A DNA stretch of 64,000 bases from Isurus oxyrinchus (taxonomy: Eukaryota), in NCBI GenBank assembly GCA_026770705.1, contig JANJGN010000557.1:248001-312000 (forward strand), given 5' to 3'. Position 1 is the first letter of the stretch; each line of letters starts with the position of its first letter. A program made the translations under genes and the position numbers. The notes under the pieces are model-generated. The model did not search any database and was not told where the DNA came from. It saw nothing but the letters and a program-made list of their open reading frames with translations. This document shows, piece after piece, positions 1 to 11,899 of the stretch.

Positions 1-173
1 ACTCTCTGCAGAGCACCTATCATCCCACAGATAATCAAATTAGTCTGAGAAAACATTGTCTAAAAGCAGTTCTGATCTCTCGAGAGCTGTCGGACAAGAG
101 GTGAGGTCTCATTAACTCCTTTCTCTTTCACAGCTTGAGAGTCAGAAGTGGATGGAATATCTGGGAGTGGACA

Positions 174-213
174 ATGATCGGGAAATATTACTTCCTCCTG
201 TCACTTCTCCAAG
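174..213 (+). CDS. Gene A signal peptide exon (MIGKYYFLLSLLQ)
   Basis: ATG at 174, hydrophobic stretch, CAAG|GTAATA phase-1 donor. Ends in SLLQ like the gene B and D leaders. Confidence 0.8.
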
Positions 214-3200
214 GTAATATCATCGTCAGCTCAGACAGATTTATGGCTAATAGTCTTTGTAAAAGACCATTCTTATTGAGTGTGATTGGGAACCGATTCA
301 GCAGTGAGCCAGTGTACAAACTGACACCAAGTCCCATTCACCCATCACCCCTGTGCTCACTGATATACACTGACTCCCTGTCTGACAGCAGAATTGGAGG
401 AGAGCAGAGATCTCAGAGGGTTTTAGGGTTGGAGCAGGTTACAGGGATCGGGAGTGTAGAGGGGGGATGGTGGGGTAAGAAATCAATGATGATAATTTGA
501 AATTTGAGTCATTGCTGGACTGGGAGCCAGTGTAGGTCAGCCAGTGACAGGGGAGCGATCGGCTGAATAGAGAAACAGGGATAAAAACTGGGGAATGAGG
601 TCTATCCTGATGTTAGGACTCGGATAACAATGCCCTGAAATTTTGTGTCATTTGCTGATTTTAGTCAGGACTTCCCATGAAGACAACACAGCAGCTCCTA
701 GAATAGACAGGCTGTTCAGTGTCACACTTCCTGTCCATTCTCACCTTGCTAGATACTTCAATAAGGGAGCAAGATAACTGAAAGAGAGAAGGAAGGTAAA
801 GCTGTCTGTGTGTAAAACTGTCAAATATTCTGAGTTATCATGATTGTCTCTGACCTGCTGCAGAGTTTAAATTTCACAGAATCTGAGCACTTTGCAGCTC
901 AGAGAGAGACCATTGACTCACTGCCTGAAAGGCCGGTGGAAGCAGATTCAACAGGAACTTTCAGAAGGGGAACTGGATAAATACTTGAAGGAGACATTTT
1001 GCAGGGCTGTGGAGGAGAGAGCAGAGGTGACAGTGGGACTTATTGGACAGATCTTTCAAAGGTCCAGCACAGGCTTGATGGGCCAAATGACTTCCTTCTC
1101 TTCCAGATCATTCTGCAATCTGATAAATTAAGCCCCACATCAATAACTCTTAAGGCTCCTGCTGCAGGGATGGAGCTTTGAGAAGGACAGAGAATAAGAG
1201 GTTTCTGGTATCATTTTCATATTGTACTGAATCTTGCTGCCAGAATGTTTGGCCACCGCTGATCACCATGTTGTGTTTTTATAATGATATAAAGGTACCA
1301 GCCACTGATACGGAATTGGGTAAATACATTGTGGGTTCAGTTATTTAGAACAGGGACATGAGAACAGATATACAAGGATAGAAAGCTGGGAGACACCTGC
1401 AGCCAAACTGTGTGAGCTGTGTTCTGCTCACAGACCAAAGTGAAACTTGAACTGGATGGTGTTATCATCCCAGCTGATGTTACTACTGGGCAAGTCAGAT
1501 CCCAGGGTGGAGCTCAGCTTGATAGGTCCTAACTTTTATTTTTTATTTAGGAATGTGGAGTGCGGCTACTGAACAGAGTCACAGGAGTCATCTGATGAAC
1601 TTCTAACAAAAGAATAAAACACTTATTAAACTAGGAAAGACAAACGATATGACATTACTCCTTCACCCAGACCTATACATTTACAGTTTCATAAGGATAA
1701 CACAATTACAATAACTAACTTATACTCTCATGTTCACACTAAGTACACAGTCGATGTAAAACAGTAGACGACCTGGGGTCAGGGACACCACATTCTGAAA
1801 CCAAGTGACAGAACCCACTTGGAACAAATGCTCCGGGTCCCTCCTCAACGGACTCTAGACGCTTGTTACACCGTGAGGCAACTGGTCTAACGAAACTGCT
1901 TCTTTCACATGAGAGTTTCCAATCTCTACTCACCAAGTGCTCTCTTTGGAATCTTCTCCAACATGACACTTTCACTCAGACACCTTCCACACGGGTCCAC
2001 TTTCACTATTTCAAACTCTCCTTCCCATGTTCCTGCCCCCTGGATCGCCACGTGCATTCAGCCTTCCTTCCACGCCCTGTCTCTCCAATGCTCAGCCGTG
2101 TCAATGGAACACCATGGCTTCACATGGCCGTAGTAATGAGTCACCAACCTGTGGTGTCTCCTAGGATCTTCTGGCTTCTCGCAAGCCTAGTTTGCTTTGG
2201 GTCTGTGTCCTTTTGCCCATTCTCTTTTAGCTTGGATCCCTCCTCTGAACCTCAACCTTAACTTGACTTAACAGGACCTTGTCCAGATTCCTGATCTTCC
2301 TTGGACGAGAAGGTCTTCTTGGGCCCTTTCTCCTGTTCCACTCGATGGTTTTTGCTTCTTCTTTACTTTGGGACTGACTATCTGTCCCGCTCCTTTGCTG
2401 CTTCTCCTGGCAACTCCTTTCAACCAAACTGAAAGCACATTTCTGTTTTTCTCTGTCTCTGTGAGTCCCTCCCTCTGGATCACTGTTGCTTAGCAATAGC
2501 ACAGTTTCTTACACCTTGAATTTGTTTTGACTTCCCTTCAACAGTCACCAAACCCCATTAGATTGCTGGCTTCTATAAAAATGAAACTAAAAGTCAAGTT
2601 TCCCCCTTTCTTAACACACAAATACAGAAATCAAACTAAACTTGAACTTAAAGATAGACCTTATGCCTAACACACACAAATACACATAGAACTTACTTAA
2701 CCTATCCCCACTTCCTAAAAATCACATGACACACTTCCCCTCGAGTGATGTCATGCTGCTATCCCTGAAAGGCATATTACAACAGTGTTATCACTTGGCA
2801 GGTGATGTGTGCCAGGCAGACCAAGTCCATGAGAGAAAGGTGGTCACACGATCATAATGATTTTGCAATTTGTTTTTATTATGAGATGTGTGCACTGAAT
2901 TCAGAAGCAATAATTACTCTAGGAACTTTAGAGATTTGAAAATTAAATTAAAATACTTGCTCTGAGAATAAATGATATCATGCATGTACATGACACTACA
3001 ATTACCATTTTAATAATAATTCTTAAAATTCCGAAATAACCTGACTCCCAGTTACACTCCCTTTAAGGCAACGGTCCAAAAATAGAGTTTATATTTAAAA
3101 CAAACTCAGCAAGTTAACACAATATAAAAGCAATACCCTGCACAGAGGAATTCCAAGTGGCTTTTCCCCAACTTCAGTTCTGTTGGATAGCAGGCTTGTG

Positions 3201-6200
3201 CACAAATGCTAGTGGTTTCATTAAGACTATATCACACACTCCTGTTAGATCTTACATGGCATTCTGACACATAGCCTTTCATTCTCCCTGATAGATATAT
3301 ATTTCTCTCTTTGTAACATGAAAATTCTATTGTTCCAAATGTTTTTGAAACTGTATCTTCCTCATAACAAATTCTTTCGTGGTGCCCATATTGCCAGGAG
3401 CCTTTGAGAAAAATAAGCACATTCCTTAGTCTTGCTTATCTGGCTAGTTGTAAACAAACTAAGATTCCTTTGAAATCCAACAACCCCTTCATTGAAATAA
3501 AAATGCAAATTCTCTTCATACCTTCCATGCTAAGCAGCATCCATGTTTACTCAATAGCATGTCAAGCACCTAGCTCCTTTTGATCATTTTAAACTTCCAA
3601 TCTAATTAACTCCAAATGTACTTAAATCACATGCAGACCCATCATGCGTACCCCCATAAACCTACTTCACAATATACTATAAAATATTATGAAAATTATT
3701 ATACTTTCATCACAATAGGAACCACTGCCTTAGACACTGAGGATCTAGGACAGCTAGGCCAATTCATGATTCATGATGGTGATAATGGGGGAATTCTGAA
3801 GGCTCCTAATCCATTGTCCTAGTTTGTAAATCAGCAGTGAACTCACTTCAATTAGTGTGTCTTGTAGACACTGTGTTGGGTAGAAGACTGGCTTCACTAA
3901 ACAGGTTCCTGAGGGCCACGAGCCAATGTAGAATGAACTTGTCCACTCCTGTATCCAGGATTCTCTTCAATGTGTTGTGAAACATTGGGGCATTCATTGT
4001 GAGTCCAGACTGCAGCCACTGTGCCCCAGTGATGGAGGGGGTGGATTTTGAGTCTAGTGGATTGACAAAACATTCAGAGTTAAATATTGATATTTCTCCC
4101 CCTAGCTGGACTACCACAAGTGTGGAAAGGTGACACTCCACGAGAGGTGACAGCGCAGGAAGGTTCGTGTGTACAGATTCCGTGTCATTACAGCTACCCA
4201 TCATATTTAGTACCGAGATCACCTGTTGGAATCTGGTATATGAGAAGGAATTGGGAAACATGGTCTATAGCCTTTCACTCCAAGGATCACAGTCGCGAGT
4301 TACCACGGTTCCACAATCGGACCCGGCTTTCTGGAGACCTGAAAGATGGTGACTGTTCCCTGATTATAAACAACATCAGACGGGAAGATGCAGGATATTA
4401 TTTATTCAGAACAGATTTTGACAGCAGGAATAGATACAACGACCGTCCTGAAACCCAGCTTCATGTTTCTGGTAAGTGCTGTGTTATAATTACTCAACAA
4501 TTCACATCCAACACTCAATGGGAAATAATAGTGTTTGATTTGCTTGTTTTTTGGCCGTGTTAACCAGCGTCACTATTTTTAATGATTTGTCTATTTCTGC
4601 TCCCAGATCCATGAGCTTATTGTGTGTGATTGAATCCACATCATAGCTGTAACGTAAACCAAGCTGAGGGGTGATGACACCTCCCCCCTGAGTGAAGTGT
4701 CTCCTCCCCACTACACCTTCCACCCCTCACACTGTCTGTGTAATCTCCCGTCCCATCCCCAGCCTCTCTTTCCCCTCCAAAGTCCTGCAACGTGTTTCCA
4801 TCTCCCGAATCCGTTCCCATCTTTCCCGGAACTCCATGTTTGAATCCCTCCAATCAGGTTCCCACCCCAGCCACTGTGCTGAAACAGCTCTTATTTTTAT
4901 TGAGCAAATGCCAAGCCCCGATACCGAGCGAGAGCCTCCTCATTTGCTGAGTTTAAGGTGATGAGTCAGCCCCTTAGTCCGTAGACGGGATTCTCCTCGG
5001 TAATGTGCAGCCTTGTTTGTGTCTCTCCACAAGCGCATGAGGGGTTTGTACAGAGGCTGCAGCGCTGGAGGGGGTCTGCACAGGGGTCCTGGCCTGTCCT
5101 GAGCCAGTTTTAGCAAGGACAACTCTGGCCTTGGCAGCTGAAAGCCAGCCATTGGACAGACGGGGCCTGTCACAAGGAGCCTGTTAGTCACTCACCCCCG
5201 TGTCTCCTGTGCTCAGATCCAGACCATGTTGGCTGGTGGATCTGGCTCAGGAAGGGTCCTCCCCATGGGACCCCCAGAGGGAAGGTGGGTCGAGCGGGTC
5301 ACTCACTTGCATGTTTATTCTGCAGCTTTAATATTTTAAGAAGGTAAGAATGTAGGAACATAAGAAATAGGGACAGGAGCAGGCCATTCGGTCCCTCCAG
5401 CCTGCTCTCACTGATCTGGTTGCGGCCTTAACTCCATTTTCCTGCTTGTCCCCCAAACCCTTGACTCCCTTGTCGATCAAAAACCTGCCTCACTCAGCCT
5501 TGAGTCTATTCAATGGCCCAGTCTCCACTGCTCTCTGGGGAAGAGAATTCCACAGGCTAGCGCCCCTCTGAGAGAGGAAATTCCTCCTCATCTCAGTCTT
5601 AAATGGGAGAGTCCTCATTCCGAAACTGTGCTCCCTGGTTCTAGATTCCCCCACGAGGGGGAAACATCCTCCCAGCATCCACCCTGTCAAGCCCCCTCGG
5701 AATCGGATATGTTTCAATAAGGTCACCCCTCATTCTTCTAAACTCCAATGGATACAGCCCCAACCTGCTCAACATTTCCTCACAGGACAAACCCTTTAAT
5801 CCCAGGAATCAGCCCAGTGAAGCTTCTCTGAACTGCCTGTACACAATGATCCAGTTACAATCTCACTAACACCCTGTGCAGCTGTTGCAAGACTTCCCTC
5901 CTTTTATACTCCATCCCTTTGCAATAAAGGCCAACATTCCACTTGCCTTCCTCATTCCGTGGTGTTCCTGAATGCTGACTTTCTGTGATTCATGTACCAG
6001 GACACCCAGATCCCTCTGTACTGCATTCTGCAGCCTGTCTCCATTTAAATTATATCCTGTTTTTCTATTCATCCTGACAATATAATTTGTTGCCACTCTC
6101 CTCAGTATTGACCATCCCCCCAATTCAGCCTCATCTGTAAATATCGGGTTCAGTGGATCCACAAACCATTCAGAGTTAAATATTGAGATTTCTCTCCCCA

Positions 6201-9200
6201 GCTGAACCCTCGCAAGAGTGGAAAGGTGACAATCCATGAGAGGTGACAGTGCAGGAAGGTTCCTGTGTACAGATTCCATGTCATTACAGTTATCCATCGT
6301 GTCTGGAAAACCAACCGCGAGGTGGAGTCTGGTTTAATAATGAGGAATGGAGAACATCGTCTATAGCCTTTCACTCCAAGGATCACAGTCACGAGTTACC
6401 ACGGTTCCACCATCGGACCCGGCTGTCTGGAGACCTGAAAGATGGCGACTGTTCCCTGATTATAAACAACATCAGACGGGAAGATGCAGGACCTTATTTT
6501 TTCAGAATAGAATTTGACAATGGTCCGCGCTATAACTATTACCCTGTAACCCAGCTTCATGTTTCTGGTAAGTGCTGTGTTATAATTACTCAACAATTCA
6601 CATTCAGCACTCAATGGGAAATAACACAAACTGTGACATTTACGTATTAACACAAAACACAGCTTATTATAACACACTGTCTGATTCTCAATAACCTGGT
6701 GATCGCTTCCAATTCACTCCTAAAGCAACCTCTAATACTCACTTTAATATCAATGATTAAATGTATTGACTGTGTCCATCAATGTTATCAGGTTATCCAC
6801 TACTATCGATCTCTCTAATCCTGTCTCGAAGTCTGACTTAGCGACAGAAGAAAGATTCACATTTCTGTAGCACCTTTCACCACCTCAGCATGGACCAAAT
6901 CACTTCACAGCCAATGAGCTGATTCCTGAATTGTAGTTACTATTGTAATGTGGGAAACACAGCAACCAATTTGCACACAGCAAGCTCCCACAAATTGCAA
7001 AGTAAAAAATGGCCCAGATCGCTGAGTGAATGATGGGGTAGTGCACTCCAAACTCTGGTCTGCTCCACCACCCTCACCCACTATTATCAGTTCAAGTGTC
7101 TCGGAGTGAACGTGTATTAAGCTGAGAGACAGAAACACCAAAGTCTCAAAGCAGGAAATTCTCTCCTAATCATTGTAACCTCTCAGATCTGATATCATCC
7201 TTGTAAAAGTGCTTTTTCTTGTGGGACTGTGATTTCTATTTGAACTGATGCTTCACGTTATATTTCTCTAAAAGGATCCATTCTCTGTCTGTTAGATTTC
7301 ACAGATAAACCCACGATATTCCCTGCTGAAATTATTGCAGGAAAGCCTGTGGATGTAAGCTGCACCTTCAACACAACGTGCAATGGAACAGCAGCACCTG
7401 TCTTAACCTGGGACACTCCCACTGACGTACCTGGATCAGTCTCAAACACTGTAACTCAGCATGGTGTCACTCTGACCTATACTTCTGTTCTGACCCTGAT
7501 CCCATCACTCAAACACCACGGACACACTCTCAGCTGCAGAGTGAGATATCCATCTGTTTCATCGGAGCGGACCCTCGTACTAACTGTGCAAGGTAAGTAC
7601 AGACACCCTTCATTCTACATCAGCACTCCCTCAGCGCTGACCCTCTGACAGTGCAGCCCGATCTCAGTATCCACATTCTCAGACCTCTCAAAGTGCTTCA
7701 CAGTCGATAGAAGTTAACTGATCTTTATTTGATTGTTGCTGAATGAAGAGACAAGCTGTCTAAACTTTACATCTCACACACATTATTTTCCATGGCAACA
7801 CCTCCTCCAATCAGAGACCACTTGCTGATTAACCAGCACTCTCTTCCCTTTAAATATAAATTGTTGTTCACTTTCTGTTGGTAAACCTGCAATCTGCCTT
7901 GTTGAGTCCGGTCCTGACATCTGAATATCACAATGAACAGAACAAGTTCCAACAATGAGCTGTGGTTGGTGATTCCTCACGTTACATCCAGGGACACTGG
8001 AGACTATCAGTGTGCTCAGAGAATGAACATGGAGCAGTGGAGGGGTTCATAACCATCACTGTGGAACGTTAGTTAAGGCAAACTTCAACATCTCTCTCAG
8101 ATTGAAACACTACAAAAACACACATAAATATCCAGCCTTAAATAGACACCTGCAGACAAACAATCCCACATCTATGAGCACACACAAAGGCACACTCACA
8201 AACAAACACACTAGCACATACTCCCCTGTGGATTACCTGACCTCCCTCAGTGCTGCACCGGAGAGTTGACCTGGATTCTGGGATTTGTGTTCCCTTTCAT
8301 ATTTATGGAAGAATATGGAAATTGCAAAGTCTATTACAGACACTCAGATGCACAGAGTTACTCACAGATACTCTCTGCCTCTCCAACTCTCTATCCTACT
8401 TTAAGAACCTTCCTGAAATCTAACTCTTTGACCAGTCACCTGTCCCAATTCCTCCTTACGTGATTTTGTGTGAAATTTTGTTTGAGTATCTGAGAGTAAG
8501 AGGGAAGTGGAGAGGTTAAGGAAGGGAATTCCTGTTGCTGAAAAGCTTACATCAAGTTCTCAGCTTTCCAGTGCCCATTTTTCACATGATGTCCATGTTC
8601 ATAATGGGGATTGCCTATGTAAACGTCACGCTGTAGTTACACTCTCCCACCAGTGGTAGCACGGTAACACTTAACCCTTGCATCTCCAAGCTTTTCAAGC
8701 AATTTCACTTCCTAATTTGCTACTATTCACCTCAACCATTCCCTGTGGGAGCGAGTTCCACATTCTCCCCTCTCTCTGGGTAAAGATTGGAACTGTTTAT
8801 TAAGCGGGGTGTGTAAGTCCGTGGGGGAGTCCATCTCGATCCTGCCCGATTCGCACACGCGTCCGAGATGGATTTCCACCCTGCACTAAACGTTTCCAGA
8901 ATTTTCTACAGCACAATCCTGTACACAGCGATGGAGAGAAACATTGGACAGAGAGTCCAACAGCACAATGATCCATTCTCACCAATGTTCCACGCTAAGG
9001 GGAAAGTTCCGATTGTCCACTCTTAGAGTGTTTACAGTGAAAACATTCATTCCACATTGAATCCCAGTGGATGGGTCAATATTACAGCAAATGTTGCAGT
9101 GATATGAAGCTTGATTGTTCAGCCAGAGTGAGAGATTGAAAGCGGAGAGTCAGTGATGATTTCTTTCTGTGTGTTCTCTAGACAGTGGAGGAGAGATTCT

Positions 9201-9321
9201 GCACGTGATCCTGATCCTGGGAATACGAGCTGTGATATTCCTTGTGGCTGTGGTTATCACTATCGCTGGAGTCTGTGTCTGGGAGAGACAAACAGTGAAA
9301 GGAAGTCGACAGACTGTTTGA
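174..9321 (+). CDS. Gene A: activating-type Siglec-like receptor. In-frame model 174-213, 4106-4471, 7296-7592, 9182-9321 (280 aa; leader-V-C2-TM). May be partly pseudogenised.
   Basis: All four exons have GT/AG boundaries in phase 1 and sum to 843 nt with no stop. Siglec V-set motifs are present and the TM contains Arg. The model requires skipping two damaged exons (6202-6567 and ~7927-8067). Confidence 0.75.
1460..2784. mobile_element. Probable solo LTR-like element in gene A intron 1
   Basis: Block bounded by TGTT...AACA with no coding capacity. No clear target-site duplication. Confidence 0.4.
2786..3714. mobile_element. Solo LTR-like element (~0.9 kb family)
   Basis: TG...CA termini; clearly homologous to 31950-32859 and 60588-61500. 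Confidence 0.65.
4106..4471 (+). CDS. Gene A V-set exon V1 (intact)
   Basis: ccctAG acceptor and G|GTAAGT donor; 366 nt. SCVQIPC and DCSL give the Siglec cysteine pattern. DAGYYLFR keeps the essential Arg (AGA 4408-4410). Confidence 0.92.
5350..6070 (-). mobile_element. CR1-type LINE 3' fragment
   Basis: FKTEMRRNFLSQRGASLWNSLPQRAVE and QRDLGVLVHESQKVS motifs of the CR1 ORF2 C-terminus. Confidence 0.85.
6202..6567 (+). pseudogene. Gene A V-set exon V2 with an in-frame stop
   Basis: Same length and flanks as V1. TGA at 6237-6239 where V1 has CGA. DAGPYFFR keeps the Arg (6504-6506). Confidence 0.9.
7296..7592 (+). CDS. Gene A C2-set Ig exon
   Basis: gttAG acceptor and G|GTAAGT donor; 297 nt. 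DFTDKPTIFP..VSCTFNTTC..LTW..HHGHTLSCRV, with the extra Cys typical of Siglec domain 2. Confidence 0.9.
7927..8067 (+). pseudogene. Gene A broken second C2 exon (3' half only, frameshifted)
   Basis: ITMNRTSSNNELWLVIPHVTSRDTGDYQCA, then a 1-nt frameshift, then ENEHGAVEGFITITVE with a C|GTTAGT donor. The 5' half and acceptor are not recognisable. Confidence 0.8.
9182..9321 (+). CDS. Gene A transmembrane and short-tail terminal exon with intramembrane Arg
   Basis: ctctAG acceptor. SGGEILHVILILGIRAVIFLVAVVITIAGVCVWERQTVKGSRQTV*; Arg is CGA 9226-9228; no Tyr in the tail. Confidence 0.85.
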
Positions 9322-9704
9322 AGCTTTGTACAGCAACAATCTGGTCAGTCAGTGCGGACAAATAACGTGTGATGTTGTGTTAAGTTGTAATGAAACTGGT
9401 CAGTGTCCTGGTTAGAATCATCTCCGTATCATCGAGTCATTCCAGCAATGGAGGAGGACATTTGGCCCATTGAGTCTATGCTGTCTCTCTGTAAAGCAAT
9501 CCACTCAGTCCCATCCCCCGCTCTATCCCCGTATCCCTGCAAATTTATTTCCAATTTCCGTCCAATTTCCTTTTGAAATTGTTCATCGAATAGGAATGAA
9601 CAGAAATGTGACGTCGCTAAACTCTGTTCTCTGATTGGAATGAGCTTTCTGAATGCTGCACCTTTTTCATGCTGCGATAGATTGTAAGAAGCATTTGGCT
9701 TATG

Positions 9705-9710
9705 AATAAA
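9705..9710 (+). terminator. Candidate polyadenylation signal of gene A
   Basis: AATAAA about 385 nt after the stop codon. Confidence 0.5.
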
Positions 9711-10057
9711 ATTACATTGATTAACTCAAGTGATTAAAATGCTCAGCCTGTTCTGTAGATATTTAAAGATTAAAATTCTTGTTTTGCTGCAAAATACTTG
9801 GCTCAAAGACATTACTTCCTGTTGTCACGTTTTCCAATCAGATGAATTCCTCTGTCCATCTTTATAATAGAAATTTCCAATGTAAACATGTCACATTGTA
9901 GCTGCACACACTTGCCAGTGGCTGGTGTGATACCAAAGCTGTCTTGCTGCAGAGAAACAGCGAGAAATATTCCTGTTGTGTGCATGAACTTCATGTTAGC
10001 ATGAGACACAGGCATCAGATGCAATTTTGTGCAATTTGTACAATGTTCTTTAGACAG

Positions 10058-10405
10058 CACAGCACTCCCTCAGTTCAAACCCTCCAACAGTGCAGGACTC
10101 CCTCAGATCAGACCCTCCGACAGTGCAGCACTTCCTCAGTTCAAACCCTCCGACAGTGCAGCTCTCCCTCAGTTCATACCCTCCGACAGTGCAGCACTCC
10201 CTCAGTTCAAACCCTCCAACAGTGCAGCACTCCCTCATTTCAGAGCCTCCGACAGTGCAGCACTCCCTCAGTTCAGAGCCTCCGAAAGTGCAGCATTCCC
10301 TCAGTTCAGACCCTCTGACAGTGCAACACTCCCTCAGCTCAGACCCTCCGACAGTGCAGCACTCCCTCAGTACTGAACCTCCGACAGTGCAGCACTACCT
10401 CAGTT
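10058..10405 (+). repeat. 33-bp minisatellite, TTCAAA/TTCAGA variant
   Basis: About 10 units of CAGTGCAGCACTCCCTCAGTTCAAACCCTCCGA. Confidence 0.95.
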
Positions 10406-11899
10406 CTTCTCCGCCGATGCTGCCAGACCTGCTGAGTTTTTCCAGGTATTTCTGTTTCTGTTTCTGTTTTGGATTTCCAGCATCTGCAGTTGTTTTGCTT
10501 TTAGTGCTGGGCAGTTCCTCAGCAAGGATTCGGGCCACAAAACATTGCGAGTGCTGTGGGTCTGCGCCACGATTTAGAGAGCTGTGCTTGGCACGCCTAT
10601 TCTAGTCCCAGTCCAGTGTGGTGGGGAGAGCCTGGCAGTCCTGGGTTGGTGGTGCCCAGCATGGTGTGCAGGACGTGGTCAGTCCCTCACACACGTCCAT
10701 CCTGGGGGTGGGTGGCTTGATACTAGGCCGCAGGTGGCACAATCCCAGTCAGGGGAGGCATCTGCAGCCTGTCAGTGGGGAGCAGGTAATATAGAGGGTA
10801 GGGGTGGGGGTGGAAAAGAGGGGGGCCGGTGGTCTCTGTAAGTCACAGTACAATGGGCCTCTAGTGGGAGAGAGGTCAGGTCTACATGGGGCATTGGGAT
10901 GTCAACATCAGACAGTCTAGGGAGGAGGACTGGCATGTCAACCCCGAACACAATAAGATCAAGGATTAGAGAGGAAGGGAGGAGACTGATTGGAAGGAGG
11001 GGAATGTGCACATTATGCTCCTCCAGCACGATGGGAGGGACTGTGATGGTTACGGGGGTGGGGGGGGGTGACGTGTGAGGGGATAGACGCTTACCTGGTG
11101 GTATTGCCTCAGCCCCACCCTTTTTCAAGCTGATCCAATGTCGCAGTTGAAGAATAAGCTACAAAACAAATTGGCAGGGGAGGTCTCCCAGGGCCTGTGG
11201 GAGACATCACCCACTGCATCTTCGGCCTGTTTGAAGGGGCACCCGAACAATTCCGGCTTTTCCAAATGATGAGGAAGACACAGCTGCACCCCGAGTCCCC
11301 TACTGGGGATCCAGAAGGTTGCAATAGCGCTGCGAGGGACTCATGGGCTCCACAGTGACTCCCTAATTAGCGACTGGAAGGTTTATGTTCATTTATCTTT
11401 ATTATCCGTTCATATTGAGCAATGGAGCTCCTGATTTGTCACCTTCCTGTACCTCGTCCAATGCTTCTGTTATCAGGACTTCCACATCGATGTGAAAGAG
11501 CCATGATGATAGCAGACAGTCGCACAATGGGAATGGCACTAGGCCAGTGATCCAGAGGCCCAGGTGAATGCTTTGAAGGCACGGGTTCAAATCCCACCAC
11601 GGCAGCTGGAGGAATTTCAATTCGATTAATCAATAAATTTAATTGATTAATACATTTTTTTCTTATTCATTTCAGGGATGTTGGTGTCGCTGACTAGGCC
11701 AGTATTTGTTGCCCATCCCCATTTGCCTTTGAGAACATATGGATATCTGAGTTAGGATCAGGAGTAGGTCACTCAGCCCCTCGAACCTGCTCCGCCATTC
11801 AGTAAGATCATGGCTGATCTGATTGTCACCTCAACCTCACATTCCTGCCTACCCCCAATGACCTTTCACCCCCTTGTTAATCAAGAATCTATCTAGCTC

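Noticed and set aside
101-133. Intron between GAG|GTGAGG (101) and cAG (133)
   Set aside because: 33 nt is too short for a vertebrate intron. The 5' UTR structure is unresolved.
4106-6600. V1 and V2 as rearranging Ig/TCR V segments
   Set aside because: Each exon includes the G strand and ends in a splice donor. There is no adjacent heptamer-nonamer RSS, and the cysteine pattern is Siglec-type.
174-9321. Naming gene A SIGLEC15
   Set aside because: The TM residue is Arg rather than Lys, and a relic third Ig exon shows a longer ancestor. Orthology is unproven.
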